Positions 23,450 through 30,591 of a stretch of 30,591 nucleotides of DNA are shown piece after piece. The translations under genes and the position numbers were made by a program. Source of the DNA: Eledone cirrhosa (Eukaryota); contig CAXHJY010001620.1 of the NCBI GenBank assembly GCA_964016885.1, forward strand, positions 1 through 30,591. Direction: 5' to 3'. Numbering within the stretch: position 1 is the stretch's first letter; the number at the start of each line of letters is the position of its first letter. The notes beneath the pieces were generated by a model that worked only from the letters and a program-made list of their open reading frames with translations, did not search any database and was not told the origin of the DNA.

Positions 23450-24140
23450 TATATACATATATATACATATTTATATATGGATATATGTATGTATACATAT
23501 ATATATATGGATATATGTATGTATACATATATATATATGGATATAGGTATGTATACATATATAGGTATATGTATATATACATATATATATGGATATAAGT
23601 ATATATACCTATATATATGGATATAAGTATATATACCTGTATATATGGATATAAGTATATATACCTGTATATATGGATATATGTATATATACCTATATAT
23701 ATGGATATAAGTATATGTACCTATATGTATGGATATATGTGTATATATACCTATATATATGTATATGTGTATATATATATATATGGATATATATGTATAT
23801 ATATATGGATATATGTATATATATACCTATATATATATATGCACATATATATGTATATATATGTTCATATAAATATATACATATATATGTGCATATATAC
23901 ATACATATATATATATGTGCATATATATATACATATATATGTGCATATATACATGCATATATATATATACATATATATATATATGTGCATATATATATAT
24001 ATATGTGCATATATATATATATGTGCATATATATATATACATACATATATATGTGCATATATATATATATATACATATATACATAGATATATATTCATGT
24101 ATACACATATATTTATATATACACAAATATATATACTTAT
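23450..24140. repeat. (TA)n compound repeat with GGATA/CCTA/GTGC interruptions
   Basis: Direct inspection. Confidence 0.9.
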
Positions 24141-24478
24141 ATGTCCTCATGTTAAATACTGTTTGACAAAAGCTTGAGAATACAATGGATAGAAAAAAAT
24201 GTGACTTAAAAAAATACACGAATTCTATGTTGGATGTGTGACAGCTTTTAGAAGCTTGTAGGCTTTGTACAAACTATAACAAAAAAAAACACTAACAACA
24301 TACCTTGTGTCACACACTGATGAGGTTGTCGGTGGGGATTCTTGTCTAACAATATGTGTGTGTCTGTGTCTGTTATTTATATATGTATATATGTATGTGT
24401 GTGTGTGTGTATATATCTTTCAATGTAGTAAACTTCCTTACCAAAACACTTGTTAAATAGGAAACAGTCGACTACAAG

Positions 24479-24932
24479 TATATATATATAATATATATAC
24501 ATATAATATATAATATATATATATAATATATATACATATAATATATAATATATATATATACATATAATATATATATATACATATAATATATATATATATA
24601 CATATAATATATAATATATAATGTATATATATACATATAATATATATATATATACATATAATATATAATATATATATATATAATATATAATATATATACA
24701 TATAATATATATATATACATATAATATATATATATAATATATAATATATATATATACATATAATATATATATATACATATAATATATAATATATATATAT
24801 ACATATATACATATATACATATTATATATATATATACATATAATATATATATATACATATAATATATAATATATATACATATAATATATATATATACATA
24901 TAATATATATATATATACATATAATACATAAC

Positions 24933-24963
<31 letters not shown>

Positions 24964-26241
24964 CATATATACATATATATATACATATATACATATAATA
25001 TATACATATATACATATAATATATATATATACATATAATATATATATATACATATAATATATATATATATACATATATACATATAATATATATATATACA
25101 TATATACATATAATATACATATATACATATAATATATATATATATACATATATACATATAATATATATATATACATATATACATATATATATACATATAT
25201 ACATATAATATATATATATATACATATATACATATAATATATATATATATACATATATACATATAATATATAATATAAATATATAATATAAATATATACA
25301 TATATATATATATATACATATATACATATATATATACATATATACATATATATATATACATATAATATATATATACATATAATATATATATATACATATA
25401 ATATATAAATATACATATATATAATATATATATACACATATAATATATAAATATACATATATATAATATATATATACATATATATATATACATATAATAT
25501 ATAATATATATATATACATATAATATATAATATATATATATATATACATATATATAATATATATATACATATAATATATATATATACATATAATATATAA
25601 TATATATATATGTATACATATAATATATATATATACATATAAATATATATATATACATATAATATATAATATATATATATATACATATATATAATATATA
25701 TATACATATATATAATATATATATACATATATATATATACATATAATATATATATATATACATATAATATATAATATATATATATACATATAATATATAA
25801 TATATATATATACATATAATATATAATATATATATATACATATAATATATATATATACATATAATATATAATATATATATATACATATAATATATATATA
25901 TACATATAATATATAATATATATATATACATATAATATATATATATACATATAATATATAATATATATATATACATATAATATATATATATACATATAAT
26001 ATATATATATACATATATATAATATATATATACATATATATAATATATATATACATATATATATATATAAAATATATATACATATACATATAATATATAT
26101 ATATACATATAATATATATATATACATATAATATATATATATACATATATATAATATATATATATATAATATATATATATACATATAATATATATATATA
26201 CATATAATATATATATATATATATATACATATATACATATA

Positions 26242-26274
<33 letters not shown>

Positions 26275-29200
26275 CATATATACATATAATATATATATAT
26301 ACATATAATATATATATATATACATATAATAATATATACATATATATACATATAATATATATATATATACATATATACATATAATATATATATATACATA
26401 TATACATATAATATATATATATATACATATATACATATAATATATATATATATACATATATACATATAATATATATATATATACATATATACATATATAT
26501 ATACATATATACATATAATATATATATACATATATACATATAATATATATATATACATATATACATATATATAATATATATATACATATATATATATATA
26601 TAATATATATATACATATATATATATACATATAATATATATATATACATATAATATATAATATATATATATACATATAATATATAAATATACATATATAT
26701 AATATATATATACACATATAATATATAAATATACATATATATAATATATATATACATATATACATATATATACATGTATATATATACATATAATATATAA
26801 TATATATATATACATATATATAATATATATATACATATAATATATATATATACATATAATATATTATATATATATATACATGTATATAATATATATATAC
26901 ATATAATATATATATATACATATAATATATAATATATATATATACATATATATAATATATATATACATATAATATATATATACATATAATATATAATATA
27001 TATATATACATATATATAATATATATATACATATATATAATATATATATACATATATATATATATACATATAATATATAATATATATATATACATATAAT
27101 ATATAATATATATATATACATATAATATATATATATACATATATATAATTTATATATACATATATATATATATAAAATATATATACATATACATATAATA
27201 TATATATATACATATACATATAATATATATATATACATATAATATATATATATACATATATATAATATATATATACATATACATATAATATATATATATA
27301 CATATAATATATAATATATACATATATATAATATATATATATACATATATAATATATAATATATATATATACATATAATATATAATATATATATATATAC
27401 ATATATATAATATATATATACATATACATATATATAATATATATATACATATATATATATATAATATATATATACATATATATATATAATATATATATAC
27501 ATATAATATATATATACATATATATATATAATATATATATACATATATATACATATAATATATATATACATATATATAATATATATATATACATATAATA
27601 TATAATATATATGTACATATAATGTATAATATATATATATACATATAATATATAATATATATATACATATAATATATAATATATATATATACATATAATA
27701 TATAATATATATATACATATAATATATAATATATATATATATACATATAATATATAATATATATATACATATAATATATAATATATATATATACATATAA
27801 TATATAATATATATATACATATAATATATAATATATATATACATATAATATATAATATATATATACATAAAATATATAATATATACATATATATAATATA
27901 CATATACATATATAATATACATATATATAATTTACATATACATATAATATACATATATATATATATCATATATATATATAATATATATATATATAAAATA
28001 TTTATATAAATATATACAATATAATATATATATACATATACGTATATATACATATATATACATATATATAATATATATATACATATATATAATATATATA
28101 TACATATATATAATATATATATACATATATATAATATATATATACATATATATTATATATATACATATATATAATATATATACATATATATAATATATAT
28201 ACATATATATAATATATATACATATATATAATATATATACATATATATAATATATATACATATATATAATATATATATATACATATATATAATATATATA
28301 TACATATATATAATATATATACATATATATAATATATATACATATATATAATATATATACATATATATAATATATATACATATATATAATATATATACAT
28401 ATATATAATATATATACATATATATAATATATATACATATATATAATATATATATACATATATATAATATATATACATATATATAATATATATATATACA
28501 TATATATAATATATATATATACATATATATAATATATATATACATATATATAATATATATATACATATATATAATATATATATACATATATATAATATAT
28601 ATATACATATATATAATATATATATACATATATATAATATATATATAATATATATACATATATATATATATATACATATATATAATATATATATACATAT
28701 ATATAATATATATACATATATATAATATATATATACATATATATAATATATATATACATATATATAATATATATATACATATATATAATATATATATACA
28801 TATATATAATATATATACATATATAATATATATATATACATATATATAATATATATACATATATAATATATATATATACATATATATAATATATATACAT
28901 ATATAATATATATATATACATATATATAATATATATATACATATATATAATATATATATACATATATATAATATATATATACATATATATTATATATATA
29001 CATATATATAATATATATATACATATATATAATATATATATACATATATATTATATATATACATATATATAATATATATATACATATATATTATATATAT
29101 ACATATATATAATATATATATACATATATATAATATATATATACATATATATTATATATATACATATATATAATATATATATACATATATATTATATATA

Positions 29201-30591
29201 TACATATATATAATATATATATACATATATATAATATATATATACATATATATTATATATATACATATAAATAATATATATATAGATATGTTATATATAT
29301 ACATATATATAATATATATATACATATATATTATATATATACATATATATAATATATATATACATATATATAATATATATATACATATATATAATATATA
29401 TATACATATATAATATATATATACATATATAATATATATATACATATATATAATATATATATACATATATATAATATATATATACATATATATAATATAT
29501 ATATACATATATATAATATATATATACATATATATAATATATATATACATATATATAATATATATACATATATATAATATATATACATATATATAATATA
29601 TATATACATATATATAATATATATATACATATATATAATATATATATACATATATATTATATATATACATATATATAATATATATATACATATATATTAT
29701 ATATATACATATATATAATATATATATACATATATATTATATATATACATATATATAATATATATATACATATATATTATATATATACATATATATAATA
29801 TATATATATATACATATATATTATATATATACATATATATAATATATATATATAATATATATATATACATATATATAATATATATACATATATATAATAT
29901 ATATATACATATATATAATATATATATACATATATATAATATATATATACATATATAATATATATATACATATATATTATATATATACATATATATTATA
30001 TATATACATATATATAATATATATATAGATATATTATATATATACATATATATTATATATATACATATATATAATATATATATACACATATATAATATAT
30101 ATATACATATATATAATATATATATACATATATATAATATATATATACATATATATAATATATATATACATATATATAATATATATATACATATATATTA
30201 TATATATACATATATATTATATATATACATATATATAATATAGATATAGGTATATATAATATATATATATACATATATATAATATATATATACATATATA
30301 TTATATATATACATATATATTATATATATAGATATATTATATATATAGATATATTATATATATAGATATATTAATATATATAATATATATATACTATATA
30401 TATAATATATATAATATATATACATATATATAATATATATACATATATATACATATATATAATATATATACATATATATAATATATATATAATATATATA
30501 TATATACATATATATAATATATATAATATATATAATATATATATATATATATATACTATATATATAATATATATATACTATATATATATAT
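24479..30591. repeat. ~6.1-kb TA-rich satellite, (TA)nCA(TA)nA units of about 19-30 bp
   Basis: Continuous to the window end; source of the long Y/I/M/C/V pseudo-ORFs. Confidence 0.97.

Noticed and set aside
24311-24360. CACACA-CTGATGA-G...TGTGTG hammerhead candidate
   Set aside because: No GAAA strand, and the helix I pairing can arise from CA/TG microsatellite.
24377-28053. Long ORFs of 772-1193 aa
   Set aside because: Translations of the TA satellite (Y/I/M/C/V only), open in several frames; not genes.

Overview
Eukaryotic, AT-rich, repeat-dominated DNA, probably intronic or intergenic sequence of an octopod cephalopod (inferred from the SINE families and the extreme microsatellite load; not verified by search). 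No credible protein-coding gene is present: nearly all ORFs in the track are translations of simple repeats or SINEs. The window holds about ten tRNA-derived SINE copies or fragments (five with clear target-site duplications), several minisatellites (13, 17, 29/32 and 31 bp units), a 6-kb TA-rich satellite and several fold-back elements inserted in (TA)n. The main hidden signal is a set of type I hammerhead ribozyme (HHR) motifs, folded by hand, in the short unique islands between (TA)n tracts. Six cluster at 5.7-7.6 kb on both strands, and more lie at 15.1, 21.1, 22.2 and 22.8 kb. Two carry the rarer U3:A8 core (UUGANAA). Most have a short palindromic helix III, like the dimer-cleaving HHRs of Penelope-like elements. 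Ribozyme activity is a prediction from sequence only.
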